DNA from: an uncultured Mycoplasmatota bacterium
Lineage (GTDB): Bacteria; Bacillota_I; Bacilli_A; RF39; UBA660
NCBI GenBank assembly: GCA_946530475.1
Contig: CAMNAC010000003.1
Location: 1-36,594, forward strand
Length of the DNA stretch: 36,594 nucleotides
Direction: 5' to 3'
Numbering within the stretch: the stretch's first letter is position 1; each line of letters begins with the position of its first letter. The translations under genes and the position numbers were made by a program. Under the pieces are notes generated by a model, which did no database searches, was not told the DNA's origin, and saw only the letters and a list, made by a program, of their open reading frames with translations. Positions 1 to 8,846 of the stretch are shown here, piece by piece.

Positions 1-178
1 TTTCTCTCATAGACTTTAATTCGATTGCTTTCGTAATTCCATAAGCAGAATCTTTGAAACTATTCTTTCTTGCATCGTTAATCACATTCATGATTAATGG
101 CGTTGCGATAATTGCGATCACTGCAAGTATTACTATGACTGCAAGTAACTCTATAAGTGTAAATCCTTTTTTCTTCAT
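1..178 (-). CDS. Type IV pilin-like (prepilin N-terminal cleavage/methylation) protein; 3' end runs off the window
   Basis: Not in the ORF track. Manual translation from ATG at 178 gives MKKKG|FTLIELLAVIVILAVIAIIATPLIMNVINDARKNSFKDSAYGITKAIELKSMRE..., a class III signal peptide with E5. GGGA RBS upstream. Confidence 0.92.
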   Translation of the reverse strand, partial: MKKKGFTLIELLAVIVILAVIAIIATPLIMNVINDARKNSFKDSAYGITKAIELKSMRE

Positions 179-203
179 TTTATCCCTACTTTCTACTATT
201 TCA

Positions 204-232
204 ATCATAACATTTCTTTATGAAATAATCAA
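204..232 (-). promoter_or_regulatory. sigmaA promoter of the pilin-like gene
   Basis: TTGATT-N17-TATGAT with extended TG. Confidence 0.6.
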
Positions 233-263
233 TGTATCTTTTTTTTGAAAACATTTTGTTTAC

Positions 264-293
264 AAAAAAAATCAAGTGTGAAACTTGATTTTT
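264..293 (-). terminator. Intrinsic terminator after trpS
   Basis: AAAAATCAAG/CTTGATTTTT inverted repeat followed by a U-tract. Confidence 0.75.
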
Positions 294-1272
294 ATCTTAT
301 AACTCCCATTCTTTGTTTCATCAGATCATATTTTCCTTTCGCAAGAGTTCTTGATTTTTGAATTCCTTCATCTAATATTTGATCGAGTTCTTTTCCATTT
401 AGTAATTGTTGATACTTTTCTTGAATCTTCATAATATGTTCAGATGTAATAGATGCAACATATTTTTTAAAAGTTCCATATCCTTGTCCATCAAATTCTT
501 TTTCCAATTCTTCAATCGTTCTTCCTGTAATGGATGAAGCAATATTTAGTAAATTGGAAATTCCTGGTTTATGATCCATATCATATTTTATTTGATTATC
601 ACTATCGGTAGTAGCTCTCATAATTTTCTTTTCAATATCTTCTTTTGTGTCAAACATACTAATGACACCTTGTGGGTTTTCTTCTGATTTACTCATTTTT
701 TTAGTTGGATCTTTTAAATCCCTAATTTTTACTCCTGACTTACTAATCATTGGTTCTGGTAATACAAACGTATCTCCATATCTATGATTAAAACGTTCTG
801 CAATATCGCGTGCAAGTTCTACATGTTGTTTTTGATCAATTCCAACAGGGACATAATCAGCATCACAATATAGAATATCTGCAGCCATTAAAACTGGATA
901 AGTCAATAACCCAACTGAAAAATTACTGTGTTCTTTACTTTTTTCTTTAAATTGAATCATACGGGAAGCTTCGCCATATTGAGTCGTACATTCTAGCAAG
1001 TAAGACATAGCAGGAATATATTCATTTTCTGATTGTAAATAAATCGTATTTTTTTTCGGATCAATTCCACATGCAATATACATCGCGATAAACTTTTTTA
1101 AACGTTCATGAAGTTCTTTTGGATCTTGTGGAATGGTTAGGGCATGTAAATCCGCTACAAAAAGATAAGAATCATATTCTTCTTGCATAGAAACCATCTG
1201 TTTAATCGCTCCTATATAATTTCCTAATGTAAAATCTCCTGTAGGTTTAATTCCTGTTAATATTTTTTTCAT
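292..1272 (-). CDS. trpS: Tryptophanyl-tRNA synthetase
   Basis: GIKPTG..TLGN (HIGH-like), YPVLMAADIL, VPVGIDQKQHVELARD, KMSKS. Confidence 0.97.
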   Translation of the reverse strand: MKKILTGIKPTGDFTLGNYIGAIKQMVSMQEEYDSYLFVADLHALTIPQDPKELHERLKKFIAMYIACGIDPKKNTIYLQSENEYIPAMSYLLECTTQYGEASRMIQFKEKSKEHSNFSVGLLTYPVLMAADILYCDADYVPVGIDQKQHVELARDIAERFNHRYGDTFVLPEPMISKSGVKIRDLKDPTKKMSKSEENPQGVISMFDTKEDIEKKIMRATTDSDNQIKYDMDHKPGISNLLNIASSITGRTIEELEKEFDGQGYGTFKKYVASITSEHIMKIQEKYQQLLNGKELDQILDEGIQKSRTLAKGKYDLMKQRMGVIR

Positions 1273-1292
1273 AGTATCACTCCGTCATAAAC

Positions 1293-1321
1293 ATTATACA
1301 CATTTTAAAAAAAAGAAGCAA
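1293..1321 (-). promoter_or_regulatory. sigmaA promoter of trpS, overlapping the rny terminator
   Basis: TTGCTT-N17-TATAAT; the -35 lies in the GAAGCAA/TTGCTTC hairpin that precedes the U-tract. Confidence 0.65.
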
Positions 1322-2875
1322 TTATTTTGCTTCTTCTGTTGCTCTTGTTTCACGTATAACGGTAACTTTAATCGTTCCTGGATATTGCAATTGATCTTCA
1401 ATTTTATTCTTGATATCACGTGCAATTTTATAACTTCCAAGATCATCTACTTCTTCAGGTTTTACAACAACACGAAGTTCTCTACCTGCTTGAACTGCAA
1501 ATGTCTTTTCAATTCCATCCATATCTTTTGCGATATTTTCCAAATCTTCTAATCGTTTGATATAGTTTTCTAAAGAATCATTACGTGCTCCAGGTCTTGA
1601 TGCAGAAAGAGTATCTGCGATTGCGACTAATTCTGCAATAATACTAGTTGGTGCAGTATCACCATGATGAGATTCAATTGTGTTAATCACAACTTCATTT
1701 TCATGATACTTATGTGCAATTTCACTACCTAAAGTAACGTGGCTACCTTCTACTTCATGATCAATTGATTTCCCAATATCATGGAATAATCCAGCTCTTT
1801 TCGCAAGCATTACATTTTCACCAATTTCACTTGCCATAAGTCCTGATAAGTGAGCAACTTCAATGGAATGTTGTAATACATTTTGTCCATAGCTTGTACG
1901 GAAATGTAGTTTTCCTAAGATTTCCATTAATTCAGGATCTACTTTTGTAAGTCCTAATTCGAAAAGTGCAGCTTCCCCATATTCACGAATTTTTACTTTC
2001 ATATCATTTGATACTTTTTCATAAACTTCTTCAATACGAGTTGGATGAATTCTTCCATCTTTAATTAATGTTTCAATTGTAACTCTTGCGATTTCTCTTC
2101 TTAGAGGATCAAAGCTTGATAATACAATTGCTTCTGGAGTATCATCAATAATTAAATCAACCCCTGTTACGGATTCTAATGTACGAATATTTCTTCCTTC
2201 TCTACCAATGATACGACCTTTCATTTCATCATTAGGAAGATTTACCACTGTAACAGTTTGTTCATTCGATACATCCGCAGCATATCGTTGCATAGAAGTC
2301 ATAAGCATTTCTTTTGCTTTTTTATCTACTTCTAATTTTGCTTCTTCTTCTCTTTCTTTAATCAGATTCGCAATTTCTAGGCTCATCATTTCTTCTACTT
2401 TTTGAAGAACCATTTCTTTTGCTTGTTTTTTTGAAAGCCCAGCGATTTTTTCTAATAAATCAATCTGTTCTTTCTTAATTTCTTCCACTTTACCTTGTTC
2501 TTCTTGGATACTTTTTTGTTTTTCAATTAAACTGTTTTCTTTTTCTTCTAGCATTTGTTCACGGTTTTGAAGAGTTTGATCCCTACGATCCATATTTCCT
2601 TCACGAACAAGTAATCTTTCTTCTGCTTCTTTAATTTCTGCTTTTCGTTCTTTAACCTCTTTATCCGTTTCCATTTTTAATTTATGAGCTTCTTCTTTTG
2701 CTTCTAATAAATAATCTCTTTTAGCTTTTTCGCCATCTTTTCTTGCTTTTTCAAGCATTTTTTCAATTTTTTTAGAAGTATTGGATTCTCTCATGTAATT
2801 AAATACAAATACTATTATTGCGCCTATAAAAAGTCCAATGAGTACCAATAAAATGGAGAGTGCGATATTATTCAT
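1322..2875 (-). CDS. rny: Ribonuclease Y
   Basis: N-terminal TM helix, coiled coil, KH domain ([14 protein letters not shown]), HD domain (HSIEVA...FHDIGK), SASRPGAR; follows recA. Confidence 0.97.
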   Translation of the reverse strand: MNNIALSILLVLIGLFIGAIIVFVFNYMRESNTSKKIEKMLEKARKDGEKAKRDYLLEAKEEAHKLKMETDKEVKERKAEIKEAEERLLVREGNMDRRDQTLQNREQMLEEKENSLIEKQKSIQEEQGKVEEIKKEQIDLLEKIAGLSKKQAKEMVLQKVEEMMSLEIANLIKEREEEAKLEVDKKAKEMLMTSMQRYAADVSNEQTVTVVNLPNDEMKGRIIGREGRNIRTLESVTGVDLIIDDTPEAIVLSSFDPLRREIARVTIETLIKDGRIHPTRIEEVYEKVSNDMKVKIREYGEAALFELGLTKVDPELMEILGKLHFRTSYGQNVLQHSIEVAHLSGLMASEIGENVMLAKRAGLFHDIGKSIDHEVEGSHVTLGSEIAHKYHENEVVINTIESHHGDTAPTSIIAELVAIADTLSASRPGARNDSLENYIKRLEDLENIAKDMDGIEKTFAVQAGRELRVVVKPEEVDDLGSYKIARDIKNKIEDQLQYPGTIKVTVIRETRATEEAK

Positions 2876-2931
2876 TTCTTTCCTCCATTTTCTAAATAAT
2901 AATTTTCAAGTGAATTTCTCACTCTAAAATT

Positions 2932-2960
2932 ATTTTACCGTTTATAAGAAAATAAGTCAA
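2932..2960 (-). promoter_or_regulatory. sigmaA promoter of rny
   Basis: TTGACT-N17-TAAAAT. Confidence 0.65.
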
Positions 2961-2986
2961 GGAAGAAAAAAAAGCCCAATGGCTTC

Positions 2987-3991
2987 TTACTTTTCTTCTT
3001 CAGCAATCCCATAATGGATACGGACTTTCTTTTCCAACTCTTCTTTTAGTTCTGGATTCTTTTTTAAAAGTTCTTTGACATTTTCTTTTCCTTGCCCAAT
3101 TTTTTCTCCATTATAGGAATACCAAGCTCCACTTTTTTCCAAAATACCAGCTTCACTTGCAAGATCTACAATTTCTCCTTCAACAGAAACACCTTGTCCA
3201 TACATAATATCCACAGAACATGTTTTAAATGGAGGTGCCATTTTATTTTTAACAACTTTAATATTTGTTTTATTTCCAGTAATATCCGTTCCTGCTTTAA
3301 TTTGTTCAGAACGTCTAATTTCAAGCCTTACAGAAGCATAAAACTTAAGTGCTCTTCCACCTGGAGTCGTTTCCGGATTTCCAAACATAACACCTACTTT
3401 TTCGCGTAATTGATTGATAAAAATACAAATTGTATTGGTTTTATTAATAACACCTGATAATTTACGAAGGGCTTGACTCATAAGTCTTGCTTGAAGACCT
3501 ACATGAGAATCTCCCATTTCTCCCTCAATTTCTGCTTGTGGAACTAAAGCAGCAACAGAGTCAATAACTACAATACTAATCGCTCCACTGCGAACAAGTG
3601 CCTCACAAATTTCTAGTGCTTGTTCTCCATTATCTGGTTGAGATAGTAATAATTCATCTGTATTGACACCTAAATTTGCAGCATATTTTGGATCTAAAGA
3701 ATGTTCTGCATCGATAAATGCAGCTCTTCCTCCTCTTTTTTGTGCTTCCGCAATCGCATGTAAAGCAAATGTTGTTTTTCCACTTGACTCAGGTCCATAT
3801 ATTTCTATAATTCTCCCCTTTGGGTAACCTCCAATACCAAGTGCGATATCAAGTGATAAGGAACCACTTGGAATTACATCAATTTTTGTATGTTCTTGTT
3901 CTCCTAATTTCATAACAGCGCCTTTCCCGAATTGCTTTTCAATATCGGCAAGCACTTGTTCTAATGTTTTATCTCCAGTTGATTTAACCAT
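2987..3991 (-). CDS. recA: Recombinase RecA
   Basis: [45 protein letters not shown]. Confidence 0.99.
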   Translation of the reverse strand: MVKSTGDKTLEQVLADIEKQFGKGAVMKLGEQEHTKIDVIPSGSLSLDIALGIGGYPKGRIIEIYGPESSGKTTFALHAIAEAQKRGGRAAFIDAEHSLDPKYAANLGVNTDELLLSQPDNGEQALEICEALVRSGAISIVVIDSVAALVPQAEIEGEMGDSHVGLQARLMSQALRKLSGVINKTNTICIFINQLREKVGVMFGNPETTPGGRALKFYASVRLEIRRSEQIKAGTDITGNKTNIKVVKNKMAPPFKTCSVDIMYGQGVSVEGEIVDLASEAGILEKSGAWYSYNGEKIGQGKENVKELLKKNPELKEELEKKVRIHYGIAEEEK

Positions 3992-4021
3992 TTTATTTCC
4001 TCCTTAATGTCTTACAAATCT

Positions 4022-4050
4022 ATTTTATAATAGTTTTTTTTCAATGTCAA
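4022..4050 (-). promoter_or_regulatory. sigmaA promoter of recA
   Basis: TTGACA-N17-TAAAAT. Confidence 0.8.
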
Positions 4051-4058
4051 GCATTTTA

Positions 4059-4072
4059 CGAACATTTGTTCA
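4059..4072. promoter_or_regulatory. LexA/DinR (Cheo) box
   Basis: CGAACATTTGTTCA fits GAAC-N4-GTTC and lies 8 nt upstream of the recA -35. Confidence 0.85.
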
Positions 4073-4141
4073 TTTTCCTAATATTCCCTTCTATTTATAA
4101 TATAAAAGGCGCTTTTTTGATTTCCTACAAAAAAAAGGAAT

Positions 4142-4747
4142 TTATTTTTCCTTCTTTGCTTTTAAAACTACTTTCTTTGTTAAATCATAATATTGTACTG
4201 CAGAGATAATACTTAAAACTGCAGATACAATTAATAAGAAATCAGAAACTTTCAAATTCCATAATTCAAATGGTAAATTATAAAAAAGTGTAAGACCAAT
4301 TCCAGTCATAAGACAGGCAGTTTTAATTTTACCACTCTTAATGGAAGCGATTACCACCCCATGGCTTGCAGCTGACATTTTAAATGCATCGACTGCAATA
4401 TCTCTCACAATTACTACAACTGCGATAATAGGTTTGATAAAACCAGCTCCAGATAAAATGATGAGCATCGAATCTACCAATACTTTATCTGCTATTGCAT
4501 CTAACATTTTTCCGTAGTCTGTTACTTGATTATTTTTTCTCGCTAGATATCCATCAAAAAAATCTGTGATAGAAGCAATTACAAATAAGACACCTGCAAT
4601 AATATATTTTAAATTGATAACAATTGCTTCATTAATGAATAATCTTGGAATATCAATTCCCATTGCATCAAAAGGAAACAAAAGTAAAAAGATAATTAAA
4701 ACAGATAGCCCTATACGAAAAACGGTTAGCTTTGTCGGAAAATTCAT
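4142..4747 (-). CDS. pgsA: CDP-diacylglycerol--glycerol-3-phosphate 3-phosphatidyltransferase
   Basis: TDFFDGYLARK...GKMLDAIADK CDP-alcohol phosphotransferase motif; ymfM-pgsA-recA synteny. Confidence 0.95.
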   Translation of the reverse strand: MNFPTKLTVFRIGLSVLIIFLLLFPFDAMGIDIPRLFINEAIVINLKYIIAGVLFVIASITDFFDGYLARKNNQVTDYGKMLDAIADKVLVDSMLIILSGAGFIKPIIAVVVIVRDIAVDAFKMSAASHGVVIASIKSGKIKTACLMTGIGLTLFYNLPFELWNLKVSDFLLIVSAVLSIISAVQYYDLTKKVVLKAKKEK

Positions 4748-4761
4748 ATTCTCACCTTACT

Positions 4762-5238
4762 TTACAATACATTTTCTATTTTTTCTGGTTCTTTATTTGT
4801 TCCATTGATTGCTTGATAAATAAAAAAGCTTCCTACTCCAATTATCAAGAGTATCAAAAGTGTAATCATAATCTTTGTAAATAAAGATTTTTCCTTTCTC
4901 TCTACCGTATAAGGAGAATGGATTCTTTTTTCTTCTTTTTCTTCTTTTAGAGAAGCATTTTTTTTCGCTTTTTTAATATCATCAATAGATATCTTAGAAG
5001 TATAGTCAAACAAGTATTCATTGAACTCATCTACCATATCTTCATAATCTAATCCCAAATATTTGGCATAATCACGAATAAAATACTTTAAATAAAAAAC
5101 ATCTTTAAATACTTCCATATTTCCAGATTCTATATTTTCAATTTGAGAAGGTCTCATTTTTAGATCTTCAGCAGCTTCCTCAATGGAAATTCCTATAGAC
5201 TCTCTGGTTTCTTTCAGACGTTCTCCAATTTCTTTCAT
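4762..5238 (-). CDS. RodZ/YmfM-like HTH membrane protein, lacking the extracellular domain
   Basis: IGERLKETRE..GISIEEAA..LKMRPSQIENIESG...FIRDYAKYLGLD, C-terminal TM helix; lies upstream of pgsA. Confidence 0.85.
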   Translation of the reverse strand: MKEIGERLKETRESIGISIEEAAEDLKMRPSQIENIESGNMEVFKDVFYLKYFIRDYAKYLGLDYEDMVDEFNEYLFDYTSKISIDDIKKAKKNASLKEEKEEKRIHSPYTVERKEKSLFTKIMITLLILLIIGVGSFFIYQAINGTNKEPEKIENVL

Positions 5239-5263
5239 GGAGCACCTACTCTCTTAAAAAAAT

Positions 5264-5622
5264 AAATAATACTTTATAAGCCATGTTCTGTTCCTATTTC
5301 TAGGCGACAAACATTTATCTATCAATTACTTGATCCCAAAAGAAAATTCAGTTCTTTTCTTTCAAGCTCCCCTACCAAAATTTGGGTTTCTCACTCGTGG
5401 GGTTTACCGCGTTCCACTCTTTTCCTTTCGAAAAAGAATCGTCACTATGGCACTTTTATACCTAGTTTGACCATGGTTTCCTTTAGGTCATTTCGGAGCC
5501 GTTAGCTTACGCTACCAAAGGTTATTTTTTCCCTTTGCACGAACACTACAATCGTCGCAGATTGTGTGAGCATGGACTTTCCTCTATATTACAAGAATAT
5601 AGCGTTTGTCAAAGTATTATTT
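5264..5622 (-). ncRNA. rnpB: RNase P RNA, bacterial type B
   Basis: GAGGAAAGTCCATGCTC, AGTGCCATAGTGACG, GTGGAACGCGGTAAACCCC, GAAACCCAAATTTTGGTAGGGG, AACAGAACATGGCTTA; 12-bp P1 (5264-5275/5611-5622); follows gpsB as in Bacilli. Confidence 0.97.
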
Positions 5623-5944
5623 AATCTTTTCCATATATAATTTTTTCTAAATTTGATAAACGACGTAATACATCTGCACTACTAGATTCATTTCCTGTAC
5701 TATCTTTTAAAATTTCTAATTTTGTTCTAAGACTTCGAATCTCTTGTTTTAATTTCATATTTTCTTCAATTAAATCTTTTTTATCTTGTTCTTCTTCATT
5801 TAATATTTTAGAAAATTCTTCATAATCGCGAATAATAATATCTAAGAATTTATCTACTTCTTGTGGTCGATATCCTCTTGTGTCAATTTTAAATTCCTTT
5901 TCTAAAATATCCTTTGTTGTTAAAGTGATTCTTTCTTGGTACAT
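5621..5944 (-). CDS. gpsB: Cell cycle protein GpsB (DivIVA family)
   Basis: KDILEKEFK..RGY...EVDKFLD and C-terminal DVLRRLSNLEK; gpsB-rnpB synteny; TTGACA-N17-GAGAAT upstream. Confidence 0.92.
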   Translation of the reverse strand: MYQERITLTTKDILEKEFKIDTRGYRPQEVDKFLDIIIRDYEEFSKILNEEEQDKKDLIEENMKLKQEIRSLRTKLEILKDSTGNESSSADVLRRLSNLEKIIYGKD

Positions 5945-6023
5945 ATTTCCACCCCCGTATTACTATCTCTATTCTCTCAAAAAAAGATAGTTTTGTCAAT
6001 CGAAGGGTGCCCATAGAAAAAGA

Positions 6024-6122
6024 CTACTTTTTTCTTTCTATGAAGCAAGTAGTCAGTTTTATCAAACGAACATCCTGAATCATATCATCAAATATTTTAT
6101 TTACGTGATGATAGTCATTCAT
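6024..6122 (-). CDS. Putative 32-aa small protein MNDYHHVNKIFDDMIQDVRLIKLTTCFIERKK
   Basis: GAGGTGA RBS 4 nt before ATG, TGnTACAGT -10 at 6141-6149, hairpin plus U-run at the stop; below the ORF-track cutoff. Confidence 0.55.
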   Translation of the reverse strand: MNDYHHVNKIFDDMIQDVRLIKLTTCFIERKK

Positions 6123-6173
6123 ATAATCACCTCTATCATCACTGTACCATATTAATTAATTGATTTCTTTTCA

Positions 6174-6180
6174 TTCGACA
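6174..6180 (-). promoter_or_regulatory. Putative Spo0A box
   Basis: Perfect TGTCGAA in intergenic DNA upstream of the small ORF. Confidence 0.45.
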
Positions 6181-6197
6181 AAACTAGAAAAAATATG

Positions 6198-6908
6198 TTA
6201 TTGAATTTTCTTTTTTAATATTGGTTCTACTTCTTCTTTTTCATACAATTGATTTTTTAAATCTTCTCCTAATAATAAAATATTAAATGATTTATCCTTT
6301 ATTCGATTATAAATTCGAGCTTCTTTTGAAAGAGGATGATTTAAAGACTTTAAGTAATCACTTTTTGAAAATGATCTTCCTTTATATTGGATATCATAAA
6401 TAGAAGTTCCTAAGAAATAAATTTTTAAATCTTGGTCAACAATTACTTCTTTTATCATATCTTTTAGATCAAGTTCTTCAATTGCTTCCTTTAAAGAAGA
6501 TGAATGAATTTGTTTTTCTTTTTGTAACATACTTACTCTCTTTATCAAATCATCTAATTTGATAAAATATTTTGAACGAATCATCTCTTCATTCGCACAA
6601 ACAAAATCAAACTTTTTTTGTTCTTCTTTCGTTAAATTACGACTCATATCTAAAAAGCATAAGTTTTTTTCCTCCATAGAATAAAAAACACATCCTACTT
6701 GGATATCTGTAAACAGATTAAAAAACATTACCATATAGTCATCAATCAATTCAATTTCAGTGTTTGATTTAATATAACTTTTTTCATTTTTCAAACAATG
6801 AGATAACCAATTAATCTCTTCCATGTCTTTTGCAGGTAAAACTCTTGATACTTTTAGATTTTCATCGCGAAAATAATATCCATATTTTAAAAACTCTCTT
6901 TCCGTCAT
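6198..6908 (-). CDS. Hypothetical protein, 236 aa
   Basis: AGGAGG RBS; TTGAAT-N17-TATAAT (extended TG) at 6972-7000; no recognisable family. Confidence 0.8.
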   Translation of the reverse strand: MTEREFLKYGYYFRDENLKVSRVLPAKDMEEINWLSHCLKNEKSYIKSNTEIELIDDYMVMFFNLFTDIQVGCVFYSMEEKNLCFLDMSRNLTKEEQKKFDFVCANEEMIRSKYFIKLDDLIKRVSMLQKEKQIHSSSLKEAIEELDLKDMIKEVIVDQDLKIYFLGTSIYDIQYKGRSFSKSDYLKSLNHPLSKEARIYNRIKDKSFNILLLGEDLKNQLYEKEEVEPILKKKIQ

Positions 6909-7031
6909 AGTTCCCTCCTACTCTATTGTATTCACATTTGGAACATTTTATGTGGAAACAAAAGTGGGTTTATTATAGCACATTTTGAATAGAGATTCAA
7001 CTATCTTTTTTTAAAAAAAGCATAAAATAAA

Positions 7032-7060
7032 TTGACAGTTACTCACTTTTCGTGTAGAAT
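7032..7060 (+). promoter_or_regulatory. sigmaA promoter of tRNA-Cys
   Basis: TTGACA-N17-TAGAAT with an A-rich UP element. Confidence 0.8.
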
Positions 7061-7078
7061 GAAATTGTGTCAAAAGAT

Positions 7079-7152
7079 GGGCTCGTAGCCAAGTGGTAAG
7101 GCACGGGACTGCAACTCCCTGAGCGCTGGTTCAAATCCGGTCGGGCCCTCCA
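7079..7152 (+). tRNA. tRNA-Cys (GCA)
   Basis: Acceptor stem GGGCTCG/CGGGCCC, D arm GCC/GGC, anticodon loop CTGCAAC, T loop TTCAAAT, U73 discriminator, encoded CCA. Confidence 0.97.
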
Positions 7153-7164
7153 AATTGATTTTAT

Positions 7165-7226
7165 GCGAACTTTTATAGTTCGTTTTTTTTATTCCATAAA
7201 AAAAGTATCAATGATTGATACTTTTT
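7165..7226. terminator. Two terminator hairpins between tRNA-Cys and the convergent gene
   Basis: CGAAC/GTTCG followed by a T-run; AAAAGTATCA/TGATACTTTT (bidirectional). Confidence 0.7.
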
Positions 7227-8652
7227 ATGATTCTAACATAGGATACTCAACAGATTGTTCTTGTACAAAAGATGAAAAAATAGGTGATTCTGAGATTTTT
7301 TCAATAAATTCTTCTAATACAGTTTCGAACTCTTCATCGGTTAATTGTTTTGCTTTTGATGGATCAATATCTGCTATTTTTGCATCCCAGTTCACAGTTT
7401 CATTTAGATTTAATTTGATTTTTCCTTCTGTTGTTTCTAGAGAAATAGATCCGGACATTGCAACATCATTTTTTGATTCTTTTTTGTTCATTGTTACTGT
7501 TCCTTTTAGTGGAGTTTCTAAATTGATTTGATAATCAAAATCCACTTTTTCAGAAGAAGATTCTCTGACAACTAAAGTTGCTAATTCTTCTGAATTTAGT
7601 TTAACAGAAACATTTGTAACCTTTCCTTGCTCTGTTCCAATTATTGTGAAATTATTTTTTTCATAAGAATCTCCCGTTGTAAAATCCATAACTGCAAGTT
7701 CAAATTCTTTTCCATTTGCGTAATAATGGAATTCTCCTGGGGCAATCGTACTTGTCATTTGCATTCCTATCACATCATTTTCAGAACCTGATGTATAGAT
7801 GTTCATTACAAAACCGTCTGTATCGTTTCCAAAAATCGTAACTTCAGGTTTACTTTCTTCTAACATTTGTTTTAATTGTGATTCTGAAGTTTGTGTTAAT
7901 TCAGCCAATAATTTTAATGCTTTTTGATCATTTAGTATTCCATCACGAATTGATTTTGCAATTTCTGTAAGTGCTTGATCATTAAACAAATATTTGTGAG
8001 CAGTTACTTTCACATTTTTTCCTGAAACCGTAATATTTGTATTTGATTTTTCAATTTTATCTGCCTGAATTCCATTTGAAATCCAAGATCCCATTTGAGT
8101 GATTAAGTAATCGTAATCTTTTATATTAGCAGATTCGATTGCTTCAAAAATTTGAGCATAATCATTTTCTTCTACATTAGGAAGCAAAATTAAAGAGTCA
8201 AATGTAGATAAATCCAAATACATGTTATTGTTTTTTACATATGTAGTTAATCCGGTTACATCTGATAAATTCTTCTGCGTAATTCCAAATTGTAAAGCTT
8301 TTTCATCATAATCAATTCCAGATTCAACCATATAAGTATATCCTGATAAACTTTTGAATGGCTCCATATCACTTTCTATATTTACTTCAGCTTTGCTTAG
8401 CATTTTTGAATGATTCTCATAGTTTTCCATTGCATTTTGAACTGTTTTGATTGCATTTTTAATCGTCATTTCATAAACATTTTTAGAATTTGACATATAG
8501 TTCTTGTGGTAAAGATGGAGAGCAAATGCAGATGCTCCAATTAAAAATACAAGTACACAAGCACCAATTAGAAGTCCCTTAAAACCTTCTAATGGATTCG
8601 ATTTTGGTTGTTCATTTAATTCAACCTTTTGATTTTCATCATTTAAATTCAT
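7225..8652 (-). CDS. Hypothetical single-pass membrane protein with a large extracellular domain
   Basis: One N-proximal TM helix (LLIGACVLVFLIGASAFAL); probable start 8652 (the ORF-track start at 8676 abuts a TATAAT -10). Confidence 0.8.
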   Translation of the reverse strand: MNLNDENQKVELNEQPKSNPLEGFKGLLIGACVLVFLIGASAFALHLYHKNYMSNSKNVYEMTIKNAIKTVQNAMENYENHSKMLSKAEVNIESDMEPFKSLSGYTYMVESGIDYDEKALQFGITQKNLSDVTGLTTYVKNNNMYLDLSTFDSLILLPNVEENDYAQIFEAIESANIKDYDYLITQMGSWISNGIQADKIEKSNTNITVSGKNVKVTAHKYLFNDQALTEIAKSIRDGILNDQKALKLLAELTQTSESQLKQMLEESKPEVTIFGNDTDGFVMNIYTSGSENDVIGMQMTSTIAPGEFHYYANGKEFELAVMDFTTGDSYEKNNFTIIGTEQGKVTNVSVKLNSEELATLVVRESSSEKVDFDYQINLETPLKGTVTMNKKESKNDVAMSGSISLETTEGKIKLNLNETVNWDAKIADIDPSKAKQLTDEEFETVLEEFIEKISESPIFSSFVQEQSVEYPMLES

Positions 8653-8705
8653 TTTTTCACTACCCTTCAAATTCATTATATCATATTTTTTTCAGAAAAA
8701 AAGAA

Positions 8706-8783
8706 CTAAAAAGTTCTTTCTTTTGCTTTTTTCTTTACTTGCTCTTCTTCATTTAATTGTTCTGACAAATATTTTGTTAGAGA
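8706..8783 (-). pseudogene. Possible 3' remnant of a lost gene (SLTKYLSEQLNEEEQVKKKAKERTF*) with its terminator
   Basis: Coding-like open frame with no ATG or RBS; stop TAG lies inside an AAAGAACT/AGTTCTTT hairpin followed by a U-tract. Confidence 0.35.
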
Positions 8784-8846
8784 CTAGCCAAAAAAATGAT
8801 TTTGATATATAATGATATAGTGTATATAAAACGCAGGAGGAATAAA

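Noticed and set aside
54-248. 64-aa hydrophobic plus-strand ORF
   Set aside because: Antisense shadow of the minus-strand pilin gene; no RBS.
6012-6054. Stable H-type pseudoknot
   Set aside because: The 2-nt loop between A' and B' is too short to span an 8-bp stem; alternative hairpins are more plausible.
7079-7152. tRNA-Cys as an integration site of a genomic island
   Set aside because: No integrase and no duplicated tRNA 3' end were seen in the window.
7166-7182. CGAAC-N7-GTTCG as a second LexA box
   Set aside because: The spacer is 7 rather than 4 nt and a T-run follows; better explained as the tRNA terminator.
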